Assembly (NCBI RefSeq): GCF_009914755.1
Contig: NC_060941.1
Direction: 5' to 3' (one strand)
Source of the DNA: the human T2T-CHM13v2.0 reference genome, Homo sapiens
Length of the DNA stretch: 64,000 nt
The position numbers and the translations under genes are program-made. Shown one piece after another: positions 43,585 to 57,830 of this stretch (its first letter is position 1; every line of letters starts with the position of its first letter). The notes below the pieces were generated by a model. It saw nothing but the letters and a program-made list of their open reading frames with translations, was not told where the DNA came from and did no database searches.

Positions 43585-44705
43585 TTTAATTTTTGTGTTG
43601 TGGTAAAATATACATAAAGTAAAATTCACCATTTTAACCATTTGTAAGTGTACAGTTGAGTGGCATTAAGTACATTCTCATTGTTATGCAGTCATCACCA
43701 GCATCCATCACCAGAACTTTTTCATTATCCCAACTGATACGCTGTGACTGTGTCCCCACCCAAATCTCATCCTGAGTTGTGACTTCCATATTTCCCATGT
43801 GTCATGGTAGGGACCTGGTGGGAGGTAATTGAATCATGGGAGCAGGTCTTTCCTGTGCTGTTCTTGTGATAGTGAATAAGTCTCTCAAGATCTGATGACT
43901 TTATAAATGGAAGCTCCCCTACACAAGCTCTGTTGCCTGCCGCCATGTAAGACATGACTTTGCTCCTTGTTCGCCTTCAGCCATGATTGTAAGGCCTCCC
44001 CAGCCATGTGGAACTGTGCGTCAATTAAACCTCTTTCGTTCATAAATTACCCAGTCTCAAATATGTCTTTATTAGCAATGTGAGAACACACTAATACACC
44101 AACTAAAACTCCATATCCATTACACAGTAACTTCCCATTTCCCCTCCTCCCAGCCCTTGGCAACCATCATTCTACTTTCCATCTCTATGAATGTGACCAC
44201 TCTAGGTACCTCATATAAGTGAAATTATACGGTATTTGTCCTTTTGTGACTTATGCTTGTTTCACTTAGCATAATGTCTTCAAGATTTACCCATGTTGAG
44301 GCCATCAGAATTTCTTTCCTTGTTAAAGCTGAATAATACCCCATTGTATGGATATACCACATTTTATTTATCCATTCATCAATGAACACATGGGCTACTT
44401 CCACCTTTTAGCTATTGTGAATAATGCTGCTATGAAAAAAAAGATGTATAAATATCTGAGTCCCTGTTTTAGTTATGTGAAGGATATACCCAGCAGTGGA
44501 ATTGATGGTTTATATGCTATTTCCATTTTTAATTTTGTGTGGGAGTGCCATACTGTTTTCCACTGAGGCTGCATTATTTTACATTCCCACCAGCAGCACA
44601 CAGGGTTTGCGTCTCTCCACATCCTCATCACATTTGTTATTTTCCTTCCCTTTTTTTGATATCAACTATTCTAATGGGTATGAGTGCTATCACATTGTGG
44701 TTTTT
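43585..44705 (-). mobile_element. L1MB-like 3' fragment interrupted by THE1
   Basis: Typical antisense old L1 3' end (ggtaaaatatacataa..aaattcaccattttaaccatt; gctattgtgaataatgctgctatgaa). Confidence 0.8.
43735..44098 (+). mobile_element. THE1-family (THE1C/D) MaLR solo LTR
   Basis: tgatac..tgtccccacccaaatctcatc ... gagaacacactaataca; TSD CCAAC (43730-43734 / 44099-44103). Confidence 0.9.
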
Positions 44706-45291
44706 GAACACCAAAGATTTGTATTTATTTTATGTTTTCTTTGATCTCTTTCCTTTTTCAAAGAAATAATATGGTATAGATATACGTAAGTATCCACCAA
44801 GTACTTTACATTCTGTCCCTCTCCCCAGAGGCAAGCACTGTCCCCAAGTTGGTGTGTATGATTGCAATTCATGTATAAATTTACCAGGCCTATTTGCATT
44901 CATTAATAATTTATACTACTATTTTGTGGGTCACATTGGATTCCACTTTTGTGTCCTTCTCCACCCCCATCACTACCTTCCACATCTATAAGTTGTACAA
45001 AGAATACCAAAAGCAGAATTCCATATGAAACCAAAAAAGGCCACATGGAATAAATCAGGAGCTTTGGAGTTAGTCAGAGAGCTAAACCTCAGCTGTGTTA
45101 CTTCCTACTTGTGTGACCTTGGTCAGGTCACTTGACCTCTCTGAGCTTTAGTGTCCTTGATTATAAACTGAGATGTCTGCAGGACTGAATAAGACAACAA
45201 ATATAATGCACTATATCAGCACATAGTAAGAGTTCAGTAATTGGGAAGGTGGAGGGGGAAGAGAAGAAAGAGGTTAACATTAATTTTCTTG

Positions 45292-45598
<307 letters not shown>

Positions 45599-48500
45599 TG
45601 TTCTTGTTGAGTTGTTGCCTCTCCACAGCCATTTCTCATCCATGATCCACTGACTATTTTTGCCTGCATCTTCATGCTGCCCCGAGGTAGGACAGAACAT
45701 GTGCAAAAGTATAAGACAAAAAAAATGCAGCCCTGTTTGACTTTTACAAAAATGTTGATGTAAGTAATGGAGAGTGAGTGTCCCCCTCTCCCCTTCCACC
45801 TCCCACCCAGAAGGCACTGGAGAGTGGAGGAAAGTAAGGAAGGCAGGAGGCCTGACCCACTCTGCCAAGTCACTCTACTTGGGAGAGAACATTCAGCACA
45901 GGCCCTGAGCCTGGCTAGAGAAACTGTAATCTAATATCTTAATCCATTTCTTCTTCAAAGCATTGCCCTTTGTGCCAGGTGGACAGAGCCCGAATAACAT
46001 GGAGCTGTTCCTGAGAAGCTCTTGCATTGGGCTGCGTCATTCAGGCTGGGAAAAGAATACTCAAAGGTGCACCTTTGACCTGGTTATCTGGACAATTGTG
46101 ACTGGGGAATGACAGTTTAGAGGACCTAAAAGATGTTTAGGGAATTGCACCCAGTCGGTGTTGACAGTGAACCCAGCCATTGATCCAGCCACCCCCAGTG
46201 AGTGCTGACCATGCCAGATGGTGAGCAAGGCTCTTTGGCTACACAAAGAGGAATTGGACACCAAGGAGAGCTGTCTTCAGAGAGATTAGTGCTATTCTGC
46301 CCTTTTGGAAAATGGCTTCTGAGTCCACCTCTCCAAGAACATGGCAGGGACTGGGAGCGGTGGGGTGGAAGGGAAGAAAAATAGTTCCAGCAAAAACTAG
46401 ATCCTGGGGTCCCAAGGATGGGAGTGGGAGGCTGCACCATCTTCCTTTCGGAGGACATGGGCTGAGGTTAGCCTGACATCTCACAGCAGCTGCTGCCTCT
46501 CCAGAATGAGCTGGGATCATTCAACTACTCCCCACCCCACCCCAACAACAGCCCAAGCTGCAGCTTCCTGGGATATAGCCAACCATCCCTCACCCTCTCC
46601 CCTGCCCTGAATTGCTTCTGCTGCCAAAATCAGCTGACTTCAAGATACAGAGCTGCTAATTTGTGAGGATTCAGGCTGCTGAGGGTGTTGGTACAACAAC
46701 CAGGCCATCTCTAGTTCAACATGGATAAGACATTGGTGTGTACCAGTTAAATTGTAAAGCATCTATTTGGGTCAAACTGGTCTTTTTATTTTCCAGACAC
46801 CTATGAGGAATCTGATTAAACTTTTTTCTGTAAATAGACAGACTCAGCCAAGAAGAAGGATGTGATTTATAAGAGAAGATCAAACATCATAAGCTGTTAA
46901 TTAAGAAATGGGCATTGTTTTGACCACCATCGCTTCCATCTACCCACTACCAGCATCCAATATGGTAACCAGAAGTAATTAAACAAGTTCAGATGTTCGC
47001 TCATTTACTAGGCACCTACTGTATAATAAACACAAGGCCAGGCACTGGGAATAAGGAGTTGAACTCCCATAAAGAGCTCGTTGTCCAGCAGGCAGGACAG
47101 CCATCAGCCTGAATGCAGTCACTAATGGATGAGCTAGAGGAAGGAATGAGAAGGGGTAGGACTGAGAGGAGGGAGCAATTTATCTTCCCAGACAGAATCA
47201 AGAATGGAGGAAGCAATGTTTAAGCAGGATCCGGAGGGTGGCAAGTGATTTTGCAAAAGGGAGAAAGTGAGTAAACAGCACACGTAACAGTGAGGAGGTG
47301 CAGGCTATGTGTAGAGACCTCCAAGCTAAATATACAGCAAGCAGCAAAGAGTAGAACAAGGTAATAGGAGAAAGGTAGATTGTGGTCAGGTTGGAAATGG
47401 CACCAAATGTCATAACTTTATCTTGAGAGTAACCAGAAGAATCCTTAGAGGTTTTTGAATAATTACAATTCCCATCCTATACAGCAGTTTATTTTAGCCT
47501 GTTTCTTCTTCAGGAATACTAAGACTTTGGGAGAAATGAGGGCACCTCACTAAACTTCAGCAGGAAGCTATCTGTCTTGGGTGGGCCAGTACCATCTGCA
47601 AGCCTTACTTCTCAGTGGTGACCTTAGGGTAAATTTGGTGAGAGATAAAGACCCCATCTAGGATCTCATACCTGTGAGATGAAGAATAGCTGCTACAAAT
47701 GACAAGTCAGAGATCTCATCAAACCCCTACCCTGCAACCAATGACGGCCCTGAAGTCCCTAGAAAATGTACAAGTGCCCCCAAGACTTGCTTTGCTGTCA
47801 AAATATTTAGAAGAAGCATATTTAAATCACAGACGGAACAATAGGACTAGCTCAGCAGTAAACGTTCACACTGTTGAAGAAGCTTAAACCATAAACATTT
47901 AGTCTAAAATGTAGCTGCCTCTCCTTCTGGGCTAGGGTTTGAAAGAAAAGCAGAGTTCTATAAAATGTGATCTGCCAGGATTTTCTTACCCCCGTGGCAT
48001 GATCATTACGATGTCTCTTATTATATTTAAAGCCTTATCCGAGGTGACTCAAATCCTTGAGGAGGTGCGGGAAGCAGCTTTGCATTTTTCTCAACGTATT
48101 CTGCTGAACCACTGCAGTAATTCACTTTTGAAACAATGCAAAGGGAAAATGAGATTGGAATCACCACCTTGCCTCATTACTGGCCCGCCTCCTCCCTGCC
48201 ACCTCCAGGCACTTTAAGGGCCCTTCTCCCAGCATTTTAGGGATTATCTTTGCGAGTTTAATCAAGCTTTACATTAACCAGTTAACATGGTTAAGCTTTT
48301 GTGTGAGAAAAGAGACATTTGTCTGAAATTGTAGTGTACTGAATTCATTTTGTAGGGAAGGGACAAAGAGGCCCAAGCCTGGCTACCAGCTCTAACCTTA
48401 TCCATTCTCTCTATCATGAGTGAAAAAAAATTTTTTTCTTTAAATTTATAAGCATACCAACAATTTATAAAACTATTTTTTTTCCAAAACTCCAATGAAT

Positions 48501-50128
48501 AATGAATCATATCTCAAAAAAGTCCTGTGTTGAAACACAAGCCATGCTGGTAAAGGACTGGCCACTGCTTTATTTATTTTTATTCGTATTTTAATTAATA
48601 AATTTACTTATGATCTTAACCTATTATGCCAAAGAACAGATTGTAAAACATTTGTGGTTGCCCAGTGGGTTACAGGAAAAGTAAGAACCCCTTTTAGAAT
48701 TTTAAGGTGGTTTTTTGTGTAACTTTGAAGCCTTCCTTTCATATGTTGTAGGTATGTTTTGTGAATTAAAATAAAAAAGCAATTTTTTTTTCCTTAATTG
48801 AGGGCATTTTTAAATGAAGCTGAGTAAAGACACTAAGATGAAACCTTAGCTATAAGAAAAATAAAAAAACAGTTGGGGGTTTCAGAGACATTGTTTGTCT
48901 TAAGAGTGAGGTGGAGAAGCTTGATCAAAAGCCTTGTTTTACTACAGTCATGCTCCATTATGGGAGGTGGGGATGAGGATGGGGTCGGGGGAGTGGAAGG
49001 AAGATGAAACGAGCCCTCTCTTCTACTCAACCAGGTTGCCAAAAGTCACTGCCCACAAGTAAACCTCCCTTGCCTGCTGGTACTGATGATCTCCGGAGTC
49101 AAACGTGGATTCAAAGCAAGACATCAGATGCATTAAGAAGCCCGCTTTGGGCTCACGGCTCTGAGCTAACAAGCCTCTCTCTGCCTCCATAGATGAACCT
49201 TGAGTCAAGAGCAGAGCATTGAGACACCCCCTCATTTCTCTGGCCCTCAATCTCTCTATCTATAAAATGGGCAGGTAGTTGTCCCTACCTCCCCATTTTA
49301 CCAAAGGATAAGTTCCTTTGGTACTTATTTAGGGACCTCATCCTCCAAACCCTCAACTTAGGTAACTTATTTCCAATCATTTGCTTCCACACCAAACTCA
49401 TTCCAGACTGCATAGATGTTTTTCAATCAAGCATGAGAGTGGTTTTTGGTTCATTTTAGTTTTATTTCCCAGCCCAGCAGTGGGTTTTCACTTTATTTGG
49501 AAAGCAATCTGATTTCTCTGTAGATGCCTGAGACAGGAAATCAAAGTGTCATGAAACAGTGTCTGTCACTTACTTATATGTGTGCGCACACGCACACACA
49601 CATGCACACGCACATATGCATACGAAAGTTCCACAAATGTGCTTCTTCACTTTACCATCATAGGTGAGCACTGCACCATTTAACTCAACAAAAAATGAAG
49701 ATCACCTAAGAATAAGAATCGTGCCTACCCTGCAGCCTGCTGCTGGCTTCAAAAATCTTTTTAACATTTAGAACTTTAAGCACCATTTTCAGTTTTACTA
49801 GTGCCTAATAGTAACTTTGGGGCAAATTGTTTCTTCTAAATTCACTGACTTTAATCTTTTACTGATTTTTTCCTTAAATACAAAAATACTGATTGCCATC
49901 TTTTTTTAAATCAGATTTACATAAAGTAAAAAGTGAGCTTCTCTCTCTTCGTCACCTCACACTTTAAGGGTAATAACCCCATTCTTTAAGGATAATCATT
50001 ACAATTAATGACTTACAAACATTTTTTGACATATTTCCTCGTACGTAAAATAATCCCTGCATAGAGACTAAAATCAAGGGCTCTAGAGTTGAAATCCTAG
50101 ATTTCAAACTTGATGTAACACATAATGA

Positions 50129-50475
<347 letters not shown>

Positions 50476-50810
50476 ACTTCTTAATAGGGACTGTCTTGAA
50501 ATATTTAAGACCTATAATCGCCATATTTAGATGGTTTCTAAGGTTTGTTTCAAATATTTCTAAGGTCAAGTCTAAATTCAAATCCTATTTAAAACAGCTT
50601 AAGACCCTTCAGTGGTCCACCATGCAAGGCCTCTGGTCTTCCAGTCTATTCCTCAAGCCCTAACTCTGGGCACTGCCAACCCACCCCCAGAATTTGGATC
50701 ATGTCACACCTCCTCCCCACTACCCCAAATGTCATCCAGTCAGTGGCCTCTCCTCACCCATTTGTTCTGTAACCACCTCTTGATTTTTCAGGTCTTTCAA
50801 CCTGGACATC

Positions 50811-51113
<303 letters not shown>

Positions 51114-51779
51114 AATCAACTTGGACATCAAATCTTTTAGGGAGCCGTTTCGGATCCCCCAGCCCAACATTTCTATGCCTCTTCATGGCAGCTGACATCC
51201 TGAATTGTAATCTTTATTTTTTTCCCCAATCATCTGTGACCTCCTCAAGAGATGAGACTCCATCTTATCTCTTGTTGAGCAATGTGTCTATAATTGGGGT
51301 ACATGCCTGGTGATGAGATAAATGAAAAAGACTGATGGATGACAGTAGGTGGTCACAGCAAGTCATATCCAAGGCTGCACCATGACTTGAATGGTGAGGA
51401 GACGGAGTAGGGGCTAGGAAAAAAGTCAGAGACGTGAAGGTTTTGTGTTAGGTGGATTCGGTAGCTGGAACCCGTGATTCATCCCACCCACCTGAAATGG
51501 GGTCATTTTTCACCTTATTTTTCACTCCATTGAGCTTCTGTCTGCTTGTTATCTTGAGCCTTTGACGGGATAAGGGAGACTAGACCTTATTATCTCAATA
51601 CACATCTATCTGAGGCAGTGGGATGAGAGGATGTGGGGGAAATGCAAGTGTACACTGAGATGGGTGTTTGTGTGTTTTTGGCAGGAGGAGGCAGTGTATC
51701 AATTTCCCATGGCAGGTCGCTAAAGGGAACTGCCTTCAGAAACCTTTAAGCCTAGATAGGAACAGAAGAGGCAGAAGTA

Positions 51780-51985
51780 TGGGTATGTGTGTGGTTTGTG
51801 TGTGTGTGTGTGTGCACGTGTGGTGTGTGTGGTGTGGTGTGTGCGTGTGGTGTGTGTGGTGTGTGTGTGGTGTGGTGTGTATGTCTGTGTGTGTGGTATG
51901 TGTGGTGTGTTGTTGGGGAGCAGTGCATAGCGAGTGTGTGTGATATGTGTGTATATGCATGTGTGTGCACGTGCACTCATGTGTT
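51780..51985 (+). repeat. Degenerate TG/GTGTG low-complexity repeat
   Basis: ~200 bp of tgtg/gtggt units. Confidence 0.9.
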
Positions 51986-52323
51986 TGTATTGAATAACTA
52001 CATATGTATTGGGGTCGGGAAGGTAGGCTCTTCAGTACAGGTAGGCTTTCAGTATCTGAAAATTGTGTGCCTGTGCAAACCTATGACAGTGTATGGTGGG
52101 GAGCGGGAAGCAAGTCCTAGAGCATTTAGAGTTTGTGTTTCTATTCGATGACAGTTATCCGTTCACATCATAGCCCCCCCATCATTTTGGAGATTCTTGT
52201 CCCACACTAGCAATACTGTATCTGTAGTATTCCATTCATTCCCCTTTTGAAATACTGGGTCACATATGGTAAAAGTCCGTTAACTCAGAACCAAGTGTTG
52301 TTGGTCTTTAAATTTTATTTAGA

Positions 52324-52324
<1 letters not shown>

Positions 52325-52372
<48 letters not shown>
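52325..52372 (+). repeat. (TG)24 perfect microsatellite
   Basis: Direct reading. Confidence 0.95.
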
Positions 52373-52374
<2 letters not shown>

Positions 52375-55300
52375 GCAGTGGCTAGAGAGAGAAGGATTGT
52401 ACAAGGATTTCCTTTCCATAGGAAAACGTTGGGTCCATCCTAGACCCAGACTTCAGCCAAGGAAATGCAATGTGAAGCCCAGGAGAGCTGAGGGCAGGAA
52501 AGCGGAGAAGATATGCCTGCTGGCGTCGCCCCCACCCACCCCCAGGCCCCCCACATCAGGGCAGGCTAAACATGCCGAGGCTTCTGTCTCCAGGGCTGGA
52601 GAGAGGCGCCCTCGTTAAAACTCAGATAAACAGTTTATCAGGAGATGAATGAGCCACCGGGCTCCAGAGACGTCTCCCCTTCCCCAGTGCGGAGCCAGAT
52701 GGGGAGGGGGCTACAGGCGGAGCAGGAGCCAGACTGAGGAAGGGAAGGGGCTGTCGGGGCTGGAATAAGCTCGCTGAAGCTCCTTTCCTCCTTTGGTCTT
52801 AAACTTCGTCTCTATTTTGGGAAATGTATTTCACATGTATTTGCCCACGTTCCCACCCCAGACCACGTTTTAGAGTGATTTCCCACTCTCTCCCTCCTCT
52901 TTCTCTCCTAGTTTCCCTCTTTTGCCCAGCATGCCCATTTTAGTTACTTCTCACCAGAATCTAACCACCAATGGGACACACACACACACACAATTATAAT
53001 GCCCTGTGAAGCTGAACTGGGTTCTTTCTACCCTCACTGTGAGTTCTGAACTGGCCAGGGCTCCCCAGCACCCAGGAGGCTACATGGAGTTCACCACCCT
53101 CTGACCTCAGTGCCACCTCTACTGTCACCTTCTGGCAGTCAAGAGAGATATGTGACAAGCCTCATGGCTGACTTGGTCTCCCTTTGCTAACTTAAGTCAA
53201 GCCCAAGAATGCCATTTTGGGGTCTCATTAAGAGAAAGCCCATCAGATTCTATATTTATGGGTCCCAAGAGATTGTCAGAAACAGAGGGTAGAGAATTTC
53301 AATGCCTGGGATGACACCAGCTGTAAAAGATGGCAGTTCTCATGCATTCTCCAAGGACGTCTCATGGTCCTTGAAAGGTAGAGTGTCTCACCCAAGGTCG
53401 CACAGCTGGTAGATTGCAAGTTTTCTGACCTCAAGCCCCATGCCCTTTAGGCGTCACCCACAGTTGCCTTAGGTCTATGTTTCCAGGGCCAAAGAAGCAA
53501 GAAGATTGTCAAGTTGTTCTTCGAATCATGATAGAAATAAGAGAAGATACATAAAAGCACCCTCAGGCTCCTCTTGCCTTTGACCTGGAGTTGCCCCAGC
53601 GACTGTTTAAAGGAGTGCTTCCATTTACCTTGCCCAGAGAATTTTGCAGGGACAGAAACCTGGGATGGGGCTACCCAGGGACAGGCCTCCATTTATGTTG
53701 TTCATTAACTCTTCCTATGTAGCCTCCTGAGGCCTAAGTCCCCAACCAAGCCCCACTACAGTCCAAGCACCGCCCACAGCGAGAGTCAAGCTGATAGCCG
53801 TACTTCCATTGGCCCATCTTCCGCCCACAGCTTCCTTTGCAAGAAATACAACCCTCTTTGTCCAGTTTTGTCAAGCTCCCTCTTCAACAGAACCACAGAA
53901 GCATCAAAATGGGTTGACTACAGAATCTCCTAAGAAACTACAGTCCTCCCTCCCTCAAACTCCTGAAGCCTGGCAGCCCTCAAGTTGCACAGATGGAGTG
54001 GACAGAAAGCAAGTCCAAAGGTGTTGGAGTTGATTTCAGCAGCATCCTCACCCCTTCAACCCTCTTCTGCTCAAACCTGAGATGGTTGGCCAGTTGAGGG
54101 CAGTGGGGTTCTCTGAAGAAGTAACGTGTTGTAAAACCATTGCCCGATATAGGCTCTGCCCCAGGCACCTTACTAGGCTAGGCATTCCTTACCTCTTTTA
54201 CGTGGCATGATTCTGAGAGGTGTGTATCATCCCCATCTTACAGATGAGAGAATGGAAACGGGGTGGTTAAGATGACTGTTTTAAAAAGGTAACACAGCCG
54301 GTGAGGGGCACAGCCAGAATTCCAACTTAAATCCACCTGGTCCAAAAGTCGTGGTGCTTCCCTGTCTGGGACATTTCCTCTTCCACCTCTCATATCCCCA
54401 GATTTTCTGGCTGTCCCTCATACAAGTGTGGTTCCCTTCTTCATGTAGATGTATATCCTATCTCTCAAATCTCTTCCTCTCCATACTCAGATAAATACAT
54501 CCTTCTTCATGAAGCTCAGCTAAAATTCAGCTCTACCATTAAGGTCTTAGTACTTCCTAGTCTCTGATACCAACATCCCCAGGTTCACTCAGTACCTAAG
54601 CGCATGGGCTACTCCAGTGTGGCACAGAGTTAGGAGTTGCAAGCTTCCCAAATGTGGCATTTCAGAACTTCACATTGAAGAGGGGTAGATATGGTTTGAA
54701 AACAGTATAGCTAACATAATTGCTTGGGCTTCTTTTTGGTTATAATAATGTATTTTAAAAACTTTAAACAACATTCAAAGAAGAGCATGATATTGTTATA
54801 TCTATCAAAAGGGGACATGGATTTTAAAAAGAAAAGGTTATAAAAAACTAGTCCACACTGTTATGGGAATTTATAAATTTTTCTGATGTCCTTTTACTAT
54901 TTCTTCTTGTGGTTGTCATATCTCCCCTAACTGTACTACAAAAGTCTTGCAGGATGGAGACTGACTATGAATTTTTTCTTCTTTGTATTTTTCCTGATGG
55001 TCTTCACCCAGTAGATACTCCATAAACAGGTCACCCAATCTGTTCTCAAGCATGATTTGTTTCTGGTTCCTGAGGGACCTTTTTTGCTGTTCAGTCAAAT
55101 CTGCTCAGCCCAACTAAATAAAGGATCTGGGTTGGTTTTCAAGCAAAAATAGGTGATTTGAAGGAGAGAAGAGGGGGATTAAAAGAACAGAAACCAGCAT
55201 GATATAATGTCATTAATTGGAACCTACCATCTCAGGAGGGCTGAGCTAGAGTTTAGCCCTTGAACTCCACTAAATAATTTTCTTAGTTAATTCACATCAG

Positions 55301-55412
55301 TGACAAAATTGCTCTGGAACATGTAATCTTCATAAGGAAACAAACTAGTGCTGAATCCCCATAAAGCACATAAAAAAGAAAGAGGTATGCTTAGGAGCCT
55401 ACTATGTGCTAG

Positions 55413-55749
<337 letters not shown>

Positions 55750-56777
55750 TGTACCAGGTTCTAATCACACATTATTTCAAAGTCAGCCCAATTCAAACAA
55801 CCAATGGGTTGTTGTTAACTCCAGTATCCATCAAAGCAAGATCTCCTTTTGAGCAGTCCCTTGATAGTCTAATTCTAGTTGTCTAGACTTTAAAATTGAG
55901 GGAAACGCTTTCAGCGGAAACTGCCCACCCCTTTTAATAGAGGTTTTGCAGAAAGACTGTAGTATGCAACAAAGTGTTTTCTTCCTTAGACAGATGATAA
56001 ACTTTGGGAGTTGGGGTGGGGCAGGTTGAAAGGAAAAACCAGATCTTTGGGGAAAGAAAGTTAAGCGATTTAGGTTGTCACAATGGGACCTCTTAACTCC
56101 CACTCCATGGAAGACTGGCAAATACTTGAGTCATCCACTCCAAGTCTCTCTTCTCCAGCTTTTTCCAGATTCCAATCACATTCACCACAAAGAAAACTGA
56201 GTTTGCATTTTAAAGCTGAGATTGAGTTCCTCGTCCAAGGGGAAATTAACCGGAGGTGTCCCTTCAGTACCCATCTCCCATCAAAGAGAAACTGCTTCTG
56301 AACAAGAGAAAGCATCGTGGAGGTTTATTTAAAATCACAGAAAGGTAGGGCTGGAAGAGAAATCTATTAATAGTTACGTCACTAATGCGAAAAGTGAGAA
56401 AAATGACTTGTCCGAGTTATATCAGGGTGGACCCCGGGCAAGACTCAGGTGCCTCTGCTGTCAGCTCACCTTTCAAGTTTCTGGTCCCCACTCGCACCCA
56501 CTGAGACCAGAGACCGATTTACCTGAGGCAGAAGGTGCTGCACGCATTCTTGTGAAATTTGAGGGGACCGAGAAGGAATCTCAGGAAGTTTGTTTACACT
56601 GGGGGCCTGGAGACCTTCGGGAAAATAGCCAGAACCAAAACGGACCAGTCAGCAGACGCAGACACACACAAAGTGACAGGGACACAGAAGCAGAAGCTGA
56701 ACTGGGCAGAGCGGGCAGCGGCCGACCCACCTCGCACGGCCGCCCCCGCCAGCGCCAGGTGCAGGGCTCATAGCGGG

Positions 56778-56791
56778 CCAGCAGAGGGCGC
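56778..56791 (+). promoter_or_regulatory. CTCF consensus site
   Basis: CCAGCAGAGGGCGC matches CCASYAGRKGGCRS at every position, at the 5' edge of the CpG island. Confidence 0.7.
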
Positions 56792-57046
56792 GCCGCCCCC
56801 AGGGAGCCGAGCGGCGGCCGCGCGGAGCCGGGCGGGCTAGGGGAGCCGCAGGCGAGCCAGTCGCGCCCCTGAGGCTAGGCCACTCAGGGTGCAGGACCCG
56901 GCCAAGGAGGAGGAGGATGGTGAGGAGCGGAACCCCCTCGTGGGCCCGAGGGGCAGACAGACAGGAGTGCTTCCTAAGAATTACATCACGCTGCGCAACG
57001 CTGCGGCTCTCGGACTCCCTGGTGCAAAGGGGGGTGGGGTAGGGGC

Positions 57047-57081
<35 letters not shown>

Positions 57082-57085
57082 GTGT
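57047..57085 (+). repeat. (TG)n microsatellite in the NOG promoter
   Basis: Direct reading. Confidence 0.95.
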
Positions 57086-57487
57086 TGGGGGGAGGGGACT
57101 TAGAGCAAGAGCCCGGGAGAGAAGAAGACGCGCTCGGGGAAAACGCTCCATGCACATGGAGAAATTTCTTGCTCCGAACTGCATGCACCGAGAAACGAGC
57201 CCCCAGCACTTCCCCGCTGCTCCCCTCCCAGTGCAAAGCACCCAGCTAGTGAGAAACCCTCCAGCCCCACCTCAAGCACCGCCCCCCCTCCCCAAACACC
57301 GGCTCTGCACCCTCCAGCCCGGCTCCAGCGCCGCCGCGAGCTTTCCCCAGGACTGGCCCTGGCGGGGCGCCTAGAGCCCCAGTTGCATTGCTCCAGGAGA
57401 AAGGAGGGGGGCGGTGCATTTTGCAGGAGGAGGAGAAGGGGGGTGGGTGGTGGGGGAGAGAGAAAATTGCGCGGAGACCTGCCAAGC

Positions 57488-57532
57488 GCCACCGCCGCCG
57501 CCACCGCCGCTGCCGCCGCCGCCGCCGCCGCC
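57488..57532 (+). repeat. Interrupted GCC trinucleotide repeat (15 triplets, 7 pure)
   Basis: gcc acc (gcc)3 acc gcc gct (gcc)7. Further GCC runs at ~57613-57628 and 57845-57862. Confidence 0.95.
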
Positions 57533-57790
57533 TGTGAGCTCCGGCGGGCAGCCGGACTGTCGGCTTCCCGGGGCATCTGGGTCCGGCGGGGCACAGCCCT
57601 GGGCGCTGCCGAAGCCGCCGCCGCCGCCTCCGCGGCGAGTACAGGCGGCTTCCCCCGGAGCCTGTGCAGCTCCAGCTCCTCGGGGGTGGAGAAGTGGGGG
57701 GTGGGGTTGTTGTTTGGGGGGAAGAAGGGGGAGGGGGCAACGCCGAGAGAGTCAGTGGTTTCCATGGTGATGGAGCTGAAAGTGCAGGAA

Positions 57791-57830
57791 ATTTAAAGGC
57801 TTGGACCCTGCGAGACAGACAAACCGGTGC
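57791..57830 (+). promoter_or_regulatory. NOG: NOG core promoter: TATA-like ATTTAAAG and probable TSS near 57821
   Basis: TTTAAA at 57792-57797 is a conspicuous AT-rich box in GC-rich DNA. It lies ~29 bp before aaaccggtgcc (57821), which I recall as the 5' end of the reference mRNA, giving a 5'UTR of ~525 nt. Confidence 0.65.

Noticed and set aside
52559-52578. Possible p53/p63 site (CAGG...CATG)
   Set aside because: Core spacing is 5 rather than 6 bp and the first half-site is poor.
51668-52618. Cys/Val- and His/Thr-rich ORFs
   Set aside because: Translations of TG microsatellites.
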